Sequence record: NC_041994.1
DNA: 64,000 nt
Direction: 5' to 3' (one strand)
The notes under the pieces were generated by a model. That model ran no database searches. It saw only the letters and a program-made list of their open reading frames with translations, and was not told where the DNA came from. The position numbers and the translations under genes are program-made. This document shows positions 37,710 to 46,458 of the stretch, one piece after another. Positions within the stretch are counted from its first letter, which is position 1. Each line of letters begins with the position of its first letter.

Positions 37710-38041
37710 ACGCTTTTCGACTGAACATTCCTGATCCATTGGCCGATGAGCGCCGTGTGTTGGGTAATGCGTTTTCTGACGTTTACAAGTCTGTCATGTA
37801 CGACATGAACGAACGTTATCCCGGTGAGGACTACGTCGATGTGGTGCGTGACTGTGTAGAAACCGCCATGACCGAAACACTGCGAGTCTTCGACGGACGT
37901 GCCGGGTTCGGTGAAGGTAACAGTACGTACCTGGTCCTGCCGATGGACATGGTCGAACCACTGCGTGACGATGACGTCCCGACTTTGGCTGGTTCGTTAG
38001 CCAGCACACTGCTTCGTGATTTCAGTCGCATCAACAGCTGA
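37706..38041 (+). CDS. INN-module paralog 2 (tandem array)
   Basis: TTG start overlapping the previous stop; IPDPL...LRVFDG...YLVLP...PTLAGSL...FSRINS. Confidence 0.8.
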   Translation: MNAFRLNIPDPLADERRVLGNAFSDVYKSVMYDMNERYPGEDYVDVVRDCVETAMTETLRVFDGRAGFGEGNSTYLVLPMDMVEPLRDDDVPTLAGSLASTLLRDFSRINS

Positions 38042-38048
38042 GGTGGAT

Positions 38049-38369
38049 ATGCATTTAGAATTGATTCTGCCTGATCCGGTAGAAGAAGCCCGCAAGACGT
38101 TCCTTGGCGATATCGTCAACATGCGTGAAGCGGCTATTCTTCTGTACGCCACTAACCGTGATGATCCTTTCATCGGTCCTGTAGCCAACGCTGTCAACTA
38201 CGTCACCGGCCAGTTCTTCGAGTACCTCGATGGTGGTGAGTTGCACAATGCGGGTTACACCGTGTTGCCGAACCAGATGATCCGTCGGGGCACTGAAGGT
38301 GTCCTGCCGAACATCGCAGGGGATCTGCGTAGCACCTATGATTCCCTGTTCGAGGACATCAACGACTGA
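38049..38369 (+). CDS. INN-module paralog 3 (tandem array)
   Basis: GAGGTG SD; LPDPV...FEYLDG...YTVLP...PNIAGDL...LFEDIND. Confidence 0.8.
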   Translation: MHLELILPDPVEEARKTFLGDIVNMREAAILLYATNRDDPFIGPVANAVNYVTGQFFEYLDGGELHNAGYTVLPNQMIRRGTEGVLPNIAGDLRSTYDSLFEDIND

Positions 38370-38377
38370 GGTGTGTC

Positions 38378-38788
38378 ATGAAAGCCGATAAAGAGTCACC
38401 CTTGGGGCAAGCACTCAACCGTGCCGCCACCGAGGCGCTGGAAGGCCGTCCCGATGTACTACACCAACCACGTGTGGATTTTATCGAGAAGGTCTTAGAC
38501 GCTCGCGACGACGCCTATGAAGACTTCGCGTGTGTGATGCCGCCTGAGTTCCACGAACCAGTCCATAAGGCGATCACATCGGCTGTGGTAAAGACGTTGG
38601 GTGTTTTGGACGACGGTTACGTGTTATTGCCAAGTATTGACCGCCTGGTAGAATCGGAGGCCGCGTATCTGGTCGTCCCGATCCGACCACACACGGAGGG
38701 TCCTCGGGCGATAGACACCAAGACGTTCAATGTCGCTGGCGATCTGGCAGTGATCTTCTCCACGATCTACGATGACGTCAATAACTGA
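38378..38788 (+). CDS. INN-module paralog 4 (tandem array)
   Basis: GAGGTG SD; TLGVLDDGYVLLP...NVAGDL...IYDDVNN. Confidence 0.8.
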   Translation: MKADKESPLGQALNRAATEALEGRPDVLHQPRVDFIEKVLDARDDAYEDFACVMPPEFHEPVHKAITSAVVKTLGVLDDGYVLLPSIDRLVESEAAYLVVPIRPHTEGPRAIDTKTFNVAGDLAVIFSTIYDDVNN

Positions 38789-38795
38789 GGTGAGT

Positions 38796-39116
38796 ATGGA
38801 CGTAAAGATCGAAGTTCCAGATCCCATACAGCGGGAGCGTCAATTCCTCCTGATGCAAATCTGGGACGTCCGTAACGATGTTCTGGATTTGGTCGGTCCA
38901 AACTTCGAAGACAACCAGGCAACATTTGTCGTGGAAGCAATTGACAAAACCATCGATGGGGTGTTGGGAATACTCGACGGTGTGGATCATCAACCCAAAG
39001 ACTACGTGCTCCTACCGCGCCACTTCTTCAAAGCTGACGAACGACTGCCTAACATGAATGGTAACCTCGCCGAAACCTTCGAAAAGATGTTCTTGACCAT
39101 CAACGAAGACGACTGA
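38796..39116 (+). CDS. INN-module paralog 5 (tandem array)
   Basis: GAGGTG SD; VPDPI...VLGILDG...YVLLP...PNMNGNL...FLTINEDD. Confidence 0.8.
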   Translation: MDVKIEVPDPIQRERQFLLMQIWDVRNDVLDLVGPNFEDNQATFVVEAIDKTIDGVLGILDGVDHQPKDYVLLPRHFFKADERLPNMNGNLAETFEKMFLTINEDD

Positions 39117-39157
39117 CATAGACCTGCCCTACGGGGCAGGCCCTATGCTTTTTATTT
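39115..39157 (+). terminator. GACATA-hairpin-TATGC element closing the array
   Basis: GACATAG-ACCTGCCC-tacg-GGGCAGG-ccCTATGC then TTTTTATTT. Confidence 0.7.
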
Positions 39158-39172
39158 AACTCAAACTGAGGT

Positions 39173-39181
39173 TTATATCAT
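39173..39181 (+). promoter_or_regulatory. TTATATCAT putative promoter (variant)
   Basis: AAACTGAGGTTTATATCAT matches the 32176-32193 context. Confidence 0.5.
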
Positions 39182-39228
39182 TCCTGCGTAGTACCTAACT
39201 ATTAACCAAACAACCAGGGAGTTACTCC

Positions 39229-39831
39229 ATGATCGTTTCAGAGTTACGAGATCGTCTCATCGGTAAGCTCAGTCATGCTTACAAGGTGAATGATCGTGCT
39301 CACCAGATCGGGCATTTTAATGCCGTTGATGTGTGTGGGAATGAAATCAACAATCGCCTGCAATTGGGTTATGACCCGAAGTTGATTATGTTGGTGGCTT
39401 ACACCCATGACTTGTTTGCATGGTCTCGGGTGAACCATCACATCTTGAGCTCTCAGTTTGTGCTCACCAGTGACATCACTCACTTCACTGAACTGGATGC
39501 TAAAGATCGCATCTTGGTGGCAGCGGGTTGTATGGAACATCGTGCTTCACGCAAGGAAGGTTTCTCTTCTGAGTTTGCGAAGCTGATGAACTGTGCAGAT
39601 CGTGAACTACCGGGTGATGTGTCAGCGATGTTGGAGCGTGCTATTCAATATCGACTATCCGATGAATGCATGGAAGATGAAGCGTACTCACGGCAGAAGG
39701 TGTATCCTGCTGCGGTAGCACACATCAAAGAGAAATTCGGTACAGGTGGCTATGCCAGCTATCCGGATCTCTACCTCCAGTGCTTTGAGCGTGAGCTCAA
39801 TCAGCAACGTGAAGACATCAAAAACCTGTAA
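39229..39831 (+). CDS. HD-domain phosphohydrolase
   Basis: AHQIGH...AYTHDLF...EHRAS...CADR. Confidence 0.8.
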   Translation: MIVSELRDRLIGKLSHAYKVNDRAHQIGHFNAVDVCGNEINNRLQLGYDPKLIMLVAYTHDLFAWSRVNHHILSSQFVLTSDITHFTELDAKDRILVAAGCMEHRASRKEGFSSEFAKLMNCADRELPGDVSAMLERAIQYRLSDECMEDEAYSRQKVYPAAVAHIKEKFGTGGYASYPDLYLQCFERELNQQREDIKNL

Positions 39832-39841
39832 GGGGAACATC

Positions 39842-40069
39842 ATGAACAATGGTATTCAAAGTGCTTTCGAAAACGCCATGGCTGAGTCCCTCGGCTTTGT
39901 ATCGGTCCAGGCAGTGCTCGATGCTGTCCCGCCAGATAAACAGTTGACTGGTAACCCCACCCAACAAGATCGCATTAACCATGCATTCGCCATTGCATTC
40001 GGGTTCGACAGCACCCAGGACATGGTGGATGCACAAGGCATGCGTGGTCGCAAGGGACTGTCAGCATAA
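39842..40069 (+). CDS. Small hypothetical protein
   Basis: AAGGGG SD before ATG 39842. Confidence 0.65.
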   Translation: MNNGIQSAFENAMAESLGFVSVQAVLDAVPPDKQLTGNPTQQDRINHAFAIAFGFDSTQDMVDAQGMRGRKGLSA

Positions 40070-40359
40070 TGCTGTCGGTCCGATTAGATGATGAATCGGA
40101 TTCGTACCTGAGGAAGTTGGCGACGCAGGAAGACCGCACCGTCAACAACCTCATCAAGCGAATCATCAAGGATTACGCCAGCCGTAATCCACTCGACGCA
40201 GATGCGCCTCAAATGCACATGCTTCGAGATTCCAAAGCACACAAATGGCGTTTGGTCGCCGAGGGTATCGATTTGGGTATTCTCACACTGGATGCTAATG
40301 GCGGCTTAGTATTGTCGCTGGACATCAACCAACTCAAACAGGATAGCCCATGTCCGTAA
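40069..40359 (+). CDS. Ribbon-helix-helix (Arc/CopG/MetJ-like) DNA-binding protein
   Basis: LSVRLDDE (strand), LRKLATQEDRTVNNLIKRIIKDY (two helices). Confidence 0.7.
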   Translation: MLSVRLDDESDSYLRKLATQEDRTVNNLIKRIIKDYASRNPLDADAPQMHMLRDSKAHKWRLVAEGIDLGILTLDANGGLVLSLDINQLKQDSPCP

Positions 40360-40745
40360 CATTCGTGGCCTACAGCAAGAAGCGTCAATTCGATGAAACC
40401 AACATCATGGAACTGTTGTGCTACATCCCGTTCTGCGATAATAAAAAGTTCACTGGTTTTGCTGGCGTGGTACCGCTTAAAGACTTCGAAGGGTGGTTTG
40501 CCACAGCGTACACGTTCAACGATCAAACTCACCACAGTGACGATCTGTATGCTGTCTTCGAGGTCGATGCTGTAAATGAGTGTACTGACGCTGTTCGAAA
40601 ACTACGCGAACAGGCCGGTGTGGATGTCGCCGACGCATACGAGACCGCCATTGGCGCCACTTTCGTATACACCAATGGGGCGGGCCCCCTGCGTACCGCA
40701 TTCGCCGAAACACAACGCAGCAGTCTCAAAGGGGTTCCACAATGA
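40350..40745 (+). CDS. Hypothetical protein
   Basis: Overlapping operon gene. Confidence 0.7.
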   Translation: MSVTFVAYSKKRQFDETNIMELLCYIPFCDNKKFTGFAGVVPLKDFEGWFATAYTFNDQTHHSDDLYAVFEVDAVNECTDAVRKLREQAGVDVADAYETAIGATFVYTNGAGPLRTAFAETQRSSLKGVPQ

Positions 40746-41107
40746 GTGCCTACACTTACACCAGCGTACAACTGATGGCTGAGTCCGATGAAGCCGGTCT
40801 GCTTGAGATCCTGGCCCTCGCGGACAGTCTCGGTCTTCAACACACTGGGGTTATCCATCTTCCTCATAACGGTAATCGCTTCGCGGTCATTATGCCGTCG
40901 GGCAGTAAAGCCCATTGGCCTGATGAAGCGGTGCACCTGACCAACACCAAGCGGATCATTGACGCGGTGGAGGCGTACAACGTCAAAGAAGGTGGTGCCT
41001 TCATCAAAGCCCTCCAGACTACCGTGATGGAGAACGAAGGCGCGGGTGATCGCTACTTCAACCGTATCGACGCGTTCGTCGGTAACACCGACTACGTGGA
41101 GGAATAA
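40742..41107 (+). CDS. Hypothetical protein
   Basis: ATGA coupling. Confidence 0.75.
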   Translation: MSAYTYTSVQLMAESDEAGLLEILALADSLGLQHTGVIHLPHNGNRFAVIMPSGSKAHWPDEAVHLTNTKRIIDAVEAYNVKEGGAFIKALQTTVMENEGAGDRYFNRIDAFVGNTDYVEE

Positions 41108-41109
41108 CC

Positions 41110-41757
41110 ATGATGCATCCATTCAAGCACCGCGGCATTAGCCGTGACGTGCAAGGCATCATCAACCAACTCAAGGACACACTCGGTAATGTGATTGGGT
41201 TAGTGTCTGGAGCGGACACCATGGCCCATGCCGTTGATGAAGACGGCATCCTGAGCGTGTTCTGGAAAGGGCTACTCAGCTTCAAGATCGACATGGCTCG
41301 CAACTGGTCGCCGGAGTTCACCGGTAGCCTGATGCGCATCGAGATCGGTACCATTGTCGAGTGGTACGCACGCGATCTGGAAAAACCAATGGAGTTGGAC
41401 GAAGGGACAAATTGGTTCCTGAAGTTCGAAAGCTTCTACGGCATCCATCGTCGTGTATTCCGTAAACTGGGTCCTGAATACGACAAGATCGAAAAGGCGT
41501 TCGAGGACGAACTGTCGGCTAACGGCGAAACAGTCTGGCCTGTGATCGTCCATATCCTCAAGGCCCGTAACTGGATCTTAGAGAACCACCATTACGAGCT
41601 CGAAAAGATCGACGACATCACCTACCGCATCACCGGTGTAGACCCGAAATTACCGACGGGGTATTACACGGTCGAGTTCCGTTTCCGCGGCGTGATTGAA
41701 GACGCCATGCTCAAGGCATGTCTGGACGAGCCTGAAGGCAAAGACCTACCTGAGTGA
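41110..41757 (+). CDS. Hypothetical protein
   Basis: GGAGG SD; 215 aa. Confidence 0.8.
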   Translation: MMHPFKHRGISRDVQGIINQLKDTLGNVIGLVSGADTMAHAVDEDGILSVFWKGLLSFKIDMARNWSPEFTGSLMRIEIGTIVEWYARDLEKPMELDEGTNWFLKFESFYGIHRRVFRKLGPEYDKIEKAFEDELSANGETVWPVIVHILKARNWILENHHYELEKIDDITYRITGVDPKLPTGYYTVEFRFRGVIEDAMLKACLDEPEGKDLPE

Positions 41758-41834
41758 GTTATCTGTGTGGCTACCCGTTGGGGTAGTCGCATATACCCGG
41801 GGCTTAGGCCCCACCCTAGCTGAGGCTAACTGTA

Positions 41835-42656
41835 ATGAAATCGATGTCAGGCTGCTCGATGTTTGAACGTTTGAAAACCGCCATTGCTAAAGTAAAGGCG
41901 GACAACAAGAAATGGTTCCCGTATCTACTGGTACCCATGATCGAAGAACCCACGGTTGGTGATGCTGAGCACCATGGCTGGAGCAATCGTCAGGCCGGGA
42001 TGATCAGCATCCGTAACAACTATTCATGGCATGGCGAGGTTACCATCGCCCTGCTTGACAATATCCGGCCGGATACACGTAAGGCGTTAGATGCGCGCGG
42101 GCCAACCAGTATCGCCAAGATCAACAGTGAGCAGAAGTATCGCGGGCAGTTCCTCAAACCCTACGCGAATGGAAGCTTCAGCGGTTCTGAAGCAGCACGC
42201 CAGATTATGGGTGCGCTAGCTGAACAACTGGAGACCGAAGGTTGGACGGTATCGCATTGGCATGCTGATGCAGGACCGGCGTCGACACCGGATCGACGGG
42301 TGTCGTTGATGCTGTACAACTACGATCTCAACACGTTGGCCACAATCTACTGCAACATCATTGCGGCAGAATGGCAGGACCCTGAGTTGGCGCCCTTCCG
42401 TATTAAGGGTACCTTCTATAAGTCCATCAAGAATCATACCTACAAACCCCACACTGTCGAAGAGCTTCGGTTGTTCTTCGGTGAGGTGTTACCGAGTGTC
42501 AGTTATAGCTCAGCAGCTGCGTTCCACAACAAGTACGCCGAGCTAACAGCACAAGGGTGGACCGTCCATGCGTTTACCAGCGATGGTCGTTTCTACAAGC
42601 TGTTCATGGTCGATGCACACAAAGACCGTGTGAAGATCCTGTTCCACAAGATGTGA
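41835..42656 (+). CDS. Hypothetical protein
   Basis: GAGG SD; 273 aa; followed by a CGGCATA-hairpin element at 42657-42700. Confidence 0.75.
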   Translation: MKSMSGCSMFERLKTAIAKVKADNKKWFPYLLVPMIEEPTVGDAEHHGWSNRQAGMISIRNNYSWHGEVTIALLDNIRPDTRKALDARGPTSIAKINSEQKYRGQFLKPYANGSFSGSEAARQIMGALAEQLETEGWTVSHWHADAGPASTPDRRVSLMLYNYDLNTLATIYCNIIAAEWQDPELAPFRIKGTFYKSIKNHTYKPHTVEELRLFFGEVLPSVSYSSAAAFHNKYAELTAQGWTVHAFTSDGRFYKLFMVDAHKDRVKILFHKM

Positions 42657-42713
42657 CGGCATAAAGGCGGGGGCTTCGGCCCTCGCTCTTATTCTTTTTT
42701 GTTTGGAGAATGC

Positions 42714-43244
42714 ATGAATATCATCGAGGCGTTTAAACGCTGTCCACCGGGCTACTCCATCAAAGACCGTCGTTCCGGTTGGAATGAGTACCACGTTCAA
42801 TACGGTCGTAATGAAAAGGGTGAGCTGTATTGGACCGCCGGTATGACGGTGGGTGGGATACTGAACCCTACCGACGTCACCGTAGCGCGCTACAAAGGCG
42901 ATGACTACGAAGTCTACATGTGGGGTCAACGTGAGCCTGCAACGATCCTACCGACGTTTGAGCAGGCCTACGCAGAGATTGCCAAGAACTCTGTAGAGAC
43001 CCATGGCAAGAACCTTGTGGGCAAGATCCACAGTACGGTTACTGAGCGCATGAATGCCAGCATCGCCAGTGGCGTCGATCCCGTGGTAGCAAAAGATCTG
43101 GTAATGGGGACTACCCGAGACATCTTGGGTATTCTGGACACGAAGGCTGAGGTCAATCATGTCTATCGGATCGCTCGAAACAAGTACAACGCCCCCAATA
43201 TGGCGGGTGGGTTGTTGGCCATGTTTGACGAGATAAATGGCTGA
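42714..43244 (+). CDS. Tad2/DUF2829-like N-terminal domain fused to a C-terminal INN module
   Basis: GGAG SD. N-terminus MNIIEAFK...RRSGWN...NPTD...DDYEVY; C-terminus ILGILD...PNMAGGLLAMFDEING. Confidence 0.7.
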   Translation: MNIIEAFKRCPPGYSIKDRRSGWNEYHVQYGRNEKGELYWTAGMTVGGILNPTDVTVARYKGDDYEVYMWGQREPATILPTFEQAYAEIAKNSVETHGKNLVGKIHSTVTERMNASIASGVDPVVAKDLVMGTTRDILGILDTKAEVNHVYRIARNKYNAPNMAGGLLAMFDEING

Positions 43245-43262
43245 TTCCAGTATTCCCTAGAC

Positions 43263-43289
43263 CTATATAACGGGCTTGAGTAACCCCGT
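43263..43289 (+). promoter_or_regulatory. CTATATAAC promoter-like motif with an overlapping hairpin
   Basis: CTATATAAC then a TAACGGG/CCCGTTA inverted repeat. Confidence 0.4.
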
Positions 43290-43327
43290 TAAACGGACAC
43301 CTTTAAGGCATCCCTAAGGACTAAGTC

Positions 43328-44545
43328 ATGAACCTACCGCAACCAACACACGACGCTAACGGCGAGCGTATCCCTTATTCATCCCTTCCTAAAAACGAAC
43401 CTACCGGTCGGGGTATGATCAACCCAGCACATCTGGTCATGTTGGAAAAGACGGGCGAAGACCACACTCAACGCGAAAGCCCTATCCGTGCGTTCGGTGA
43501 ATCAGAATCCCGGCAGAGCATCAGCCGTATGAACGTCGATCGACTGTTCGAGCAGTATGCCCAATCTACACTGGGTGCTGGTGAAGGCGTGCTCACCCGT
43601 CTGAATGACCTCGGACGTCCTGAGTTCGTCAAGCTGGGTCAGATTGAGCAGGTTATCATGGGTCGTGGTGATAAGTCCATGGTTTACCCTAAGGAGCCCC
43701 TGAAGAACGCCGAGTACTTCAATCGCAAGATGGAGCTCACCGCACACAATGCGGACTTCGACGGCAATGCACTGAGTGGTCCACCTCCTGAACCGGAACG
43801 CAATATTCCACGGTTCATCTTCGAGCACAACACGATCCTTTACCGCGACCTGGCTGATCTCACAGTCAAGGTACGGTTGCCGTATAAGGAGTGTTTGTTT
43901 GTCCAGCAGCTTTATGCTGACCTGCCTGAACCGACTGCCCCGAAGACGATGCAGGAACACTGGATTGCCGAGAACAATCCTAAACCACAATGGCCTAACA
44001 CCTACGAGATCTACGCACTGGAACTCTCGGAAACCAAGATCTTCTTTGTGTTCGATCTGTACGGTGAGAAGATCAGTGTGCAGGTCAATCGGTTCCGCAG
44101 CAAGGCTAACCCTGAGCATTGCGAATACCGTGCGTATCTGGTGGAAGGTCCTGATAAGCAACTACCCGCTGATCACGAACACCAAGCAAACTTCAAAGAT
44201 CCAGCCTTCCGCACCGTAGCGCCTGTACTTGCATTCTTGGAAGGTATGTCGCAGGGTGTTTATACACTGGAGCGAGAAGGTGTTCAAGTACCGCCGAGCA
44301 TGGTGCCACCTCCTGCGAAGGAAGGTATCGAGTTCAAGGTACGCAGTCTGATCCCGAATCAACCGGTGAAAGAATCGGTTTGTTTGGGTGGTACGCATGC
44401 TTCGCCTCGCGAGCACCATCGTCGTGGTTACTGGCGTCGCAGTGCTAGCGGTAAGAAAGTGTGGATCGGTCCTGTTGTGGTTAACAAAGGCAAGACCGAA
44501 GGGAAGATCATCAAAGATTATCAAATTGTGGACCCTACGAAATGA
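43328..44545 (+). CDS. Hypothetical multi-domain protein with an internal NADFDGN motif and a C-terminal basic SPREHHRRGYWR motif
   Basis: AAGGA SD; 405 aa. Confidence 0.8.
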   Translation: MNLPQPTHDANGERIPYSSLPKNEPTGRGMINPAHLVMLEKTGEDHTQRESPIRAFGESESRQSISRMNVDRLFEQYAQSTLGAGEGVLTRLNDLGRPEFVKLGQIEQVIMGRGDKSMVYPKEPLKNAEYFNRKMELTAHNADFDGNALSGPPPEPERNIPRFIFEHNTILYRDLADLTVKVRLPYKECLFVQQLYADLPEPTAPKTMQEHWIAENNPKPQWPNTYEIYALELSETKIFFVFDLYGEKISVQVNRFRSKANPEHCEYRAYLVEGPDKQLPADHEHQANFKDPAFRTVAPVLAFLEGMSQGVYTLEREGVQVPPSMVPPPAKEGIEFKVRSLIPNQPVKESVCLGGTHASPREHHRRGYWRRSASGKKVWIGPVVVNKGKTEGKIIKDYQIVDPTK

Positions 44546-45333
44546 TCTCTAAACGTTTACCTCAACCTTACGTTGCACCTAAACCAGCCTGCCGGGCTTT
44601 CATCGACTTTGAGTTCAACGGTAAAGGCGGTCGCGTACTGTCGGCGGCTATCGTTACCGAAAGCGGGGCAGAGTGGTACGAGGTCATGGACTACACCGAT
44701 ATTGACGTCGTGCCATGGGTGGCTGAGAACTGCCTTCCTAATCTGGGTAAGGAGCCGATCTCGGCTGCTGCGTTCCAGGCTTCGTTCGAGGAGTTCATCA
44801 ATCAGTTTGGGTACATCGAGTTCATGTACAACGCCCACGCTGATCGTCGTTATCTCGACGAGTTGCTGCTCAACATGCCGCAACAGCCATTGCATCGCTG
44901 TGTTCGCGATGGCTTCTTGTCGGCGCGTTCTTCACTGATTCCTCACAATGCCTTGGCTGATGCCCGGGCTATTGTGGCTCAGGTTTGTGGTAGCGCTGAG
45001 TTTCGTGATGAACTCCCAGTCGGTCCAACCGAGCGGGACATGTTCAAAGCGATGTGGGCTAAGGGTTATCGTTTCGATGCCCGTGATGTCCGACTCACGC
45101 TGACTAAGGTCGAGCAGCACGACGGTAAGCCTTATGGTCACCGTGCTCAACTTGAAATCGCAGCATTCGAACAAGGCCTGAGCATCATGGATCTGATCCA
45201 TCGTGATCCAACGGCGGTGTTCTGCACTGGCGTCGTCGAGATCACCCCGATCCACAATCGCAGTAATGCATCAGCTATACCGATGCATGGTGTGACCACG
45301 CTTCCCATCTACTTCTACATCCGTAAGGACTGA
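44542..45333 (+). CDS. DEDDh 3'-5' exonuclease (paralog of 19860) with an extra C-terminal domain
   Basis: FIDFEF, ADRRYL, HNALADARA. Confidence 0.8.
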   Translation: MISKRLPQPYVAPKPACRAFIDFEFNGKGGRVLSAAIVTESGAEWYEVMDYTDIDVVPWVAENCLPNLGKEPISAAAFQASFEEFINQFGYIEFMYNAHADRRYLDELLLNMPQQPLHRCVRDGFLSARSSLIPHNALADARAIVAQVCGSAEFRDELPVGPTERDMFKAMWAKGYRFDARDVRLTLTKVEQHDGKPYGHRAQLEIAAFEQGLSIMDLIHRDPTAVFCTGVVEITPIHNRSNASAIPMHGVTTLPIYFYIRKD

Positions 45334-45335
45334 AC

Positions 45336-45905
45336 ATGATTCACTCGTATGGTAAACCGGTAGGCCCTGTCGTATTTCCTGAATTCAAGGGCACGCAGAT
45401 CCACATGCGCCCTATCGAAATGGGGAAAGATATTCCTGAGCACTATGTTCCGATCGTTTCGGCGATGCTACGTGGTGCTGCTCCGGTGATCGAGCGTCTA
45501 CATGGTGGTCGCGCGGCAGCGCAGTGGTTCCTGACCATTGACGAACGCGATATCCCGGCTGGTCAATGTCATCGTCGGGGTGGGGTGCATTACGACGGGG
45601 TGTATCTGTACACCCAAGACAAAGACCCACGCTGGAACACCATGTCTGATCTGCGGGCGATGGCACGTGGTGGTATCGTGTTGGCGGCCAGTGCTGTGGG
45701 TGGTCGTTGCTGGAACGGTACGCTGTACGGTGAAGCAGGTCCTGGGGGTGACTGCGAACACCTGCGCGATCAGCTTAAAGAATTGACCGAGTTCGATTTG
45801 GAACCGAACGTGATCTATACGGGCAATGCGATGTTCCTCCATGAGTCGATACCGGTGGTCGAAGACACCCGTCGTCAGCTCGTTCGTTTGACTTACACTC
45901 TCTAA
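45336..45905 (+). CDS. Putative 2OG-Fe(II) oxygenase-like protein
   Basis: HRRGGVHYDG (HxD), later FLHES and RQLVRL, in the order expected for a double-stranded beta-helix oxygenase. Confidence 0.55.
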   Translation: MIHSYGKPVGPVVFPEFKGTQIHMRPIEMGKDIPEHYVPIVSAMLRGAAPVIERLHGGRAAAQWFLTIDERDIPAGQCHRRGGVHYDGVYLYTQDKDPRWNTMSDLRAMARGGIVLAASAVGGRCWNGTLYGEAGPGGDCEHLRDQLKELTEFDLEPNVIYTGNAMFLHESIPVVEDTRRQLVRLTYTL

Positions 45906-45913
45906 GGAAAGCC

Positions 45914-46414
45914 ATGAAATACGTTTTGGGTGCTGTGTTTTCGGTGTTGATCGGTTTGGCATCGTCAGTGGACTTCACGTACGCTGCGGTATCAATCAGT
46001 CCGGCTCGGGTGAGCATCCCAGTACGGGTGTCTACACCTAGTGCTCGGGTTTCTACCCCGACTCCTTCAGTGCGTTCTTCTACGCCGCGGGTATCGACCA
46101 CATCGAACAGTACCAACATGCTGCCGATGTACATGCTGTTGCCGGTGATCGCAGCCAGTAGCAGTGCATCACACGCATCGACTGAAGCCGACACGGTTGA
46201 GGTGGCCACACCAATGCTGACGGTGTGTACTACTGAACAATACGTCAAGGCACAACAGTGGCAAGAAGATTGTCGTCAGGTTAAAGACATTCCTTACCAC
46301 ATGTGTCCGATCCTGTCGTACTTCCGTCAGTGCAAGGAAGCCACGCCAGATGACGTGAAAGGTCTGTTGCCTGCTAAGGCTAACTACCGCCACGTCTATA
46401 TAAAGCCGAACTGA
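45914..46414 (+). CDS. Exported/membrane protein with Ser/Thr/Pro repeats and a Cys-containing C-terminal domain
   Basis: Signal-like N-terminus, (RVS[T/I]P)n repeats, a second hydrophobic segment, four Cys. Confidence 0.7.
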   Translation: MKYVLGAVFSVLIGLASSVDFTYAAVSISPARVSIPVRVSTPSARVSTPTPSVRSSTPRVSTTSNSTNMLPMYMLLPVIAASSSASHASTEADTVEVATPMLTVCTTEQYVKAQQWQEDCRQVKDIPYHMCPILSYFRQCKEATPDDVKGLLPAKANYRHVYIKPN

Positions 46415-46458
46415 TTCAAGGGGCCTTCGGGCCCCGTTTCTGCCATCTGGAGCATGAC

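Noticed and set aside
37389-39116. Explaining the conserved IN-x-stop terminus purely as a by-product of the overlapping GAGGTG SD
   Set aside because: The SD overlaps only the stop codon and downstream bases, and isolated members followed by terminators (7076, 49832, 63597) keep the motif.
43328-44545. Calling this ORF an RNA polymerase beta-prime subunit
   Set aside because: Only the NADFDG hexamer matches, the third catalytic Asp is Asn, and no other conserved RNAP blocks are visible.
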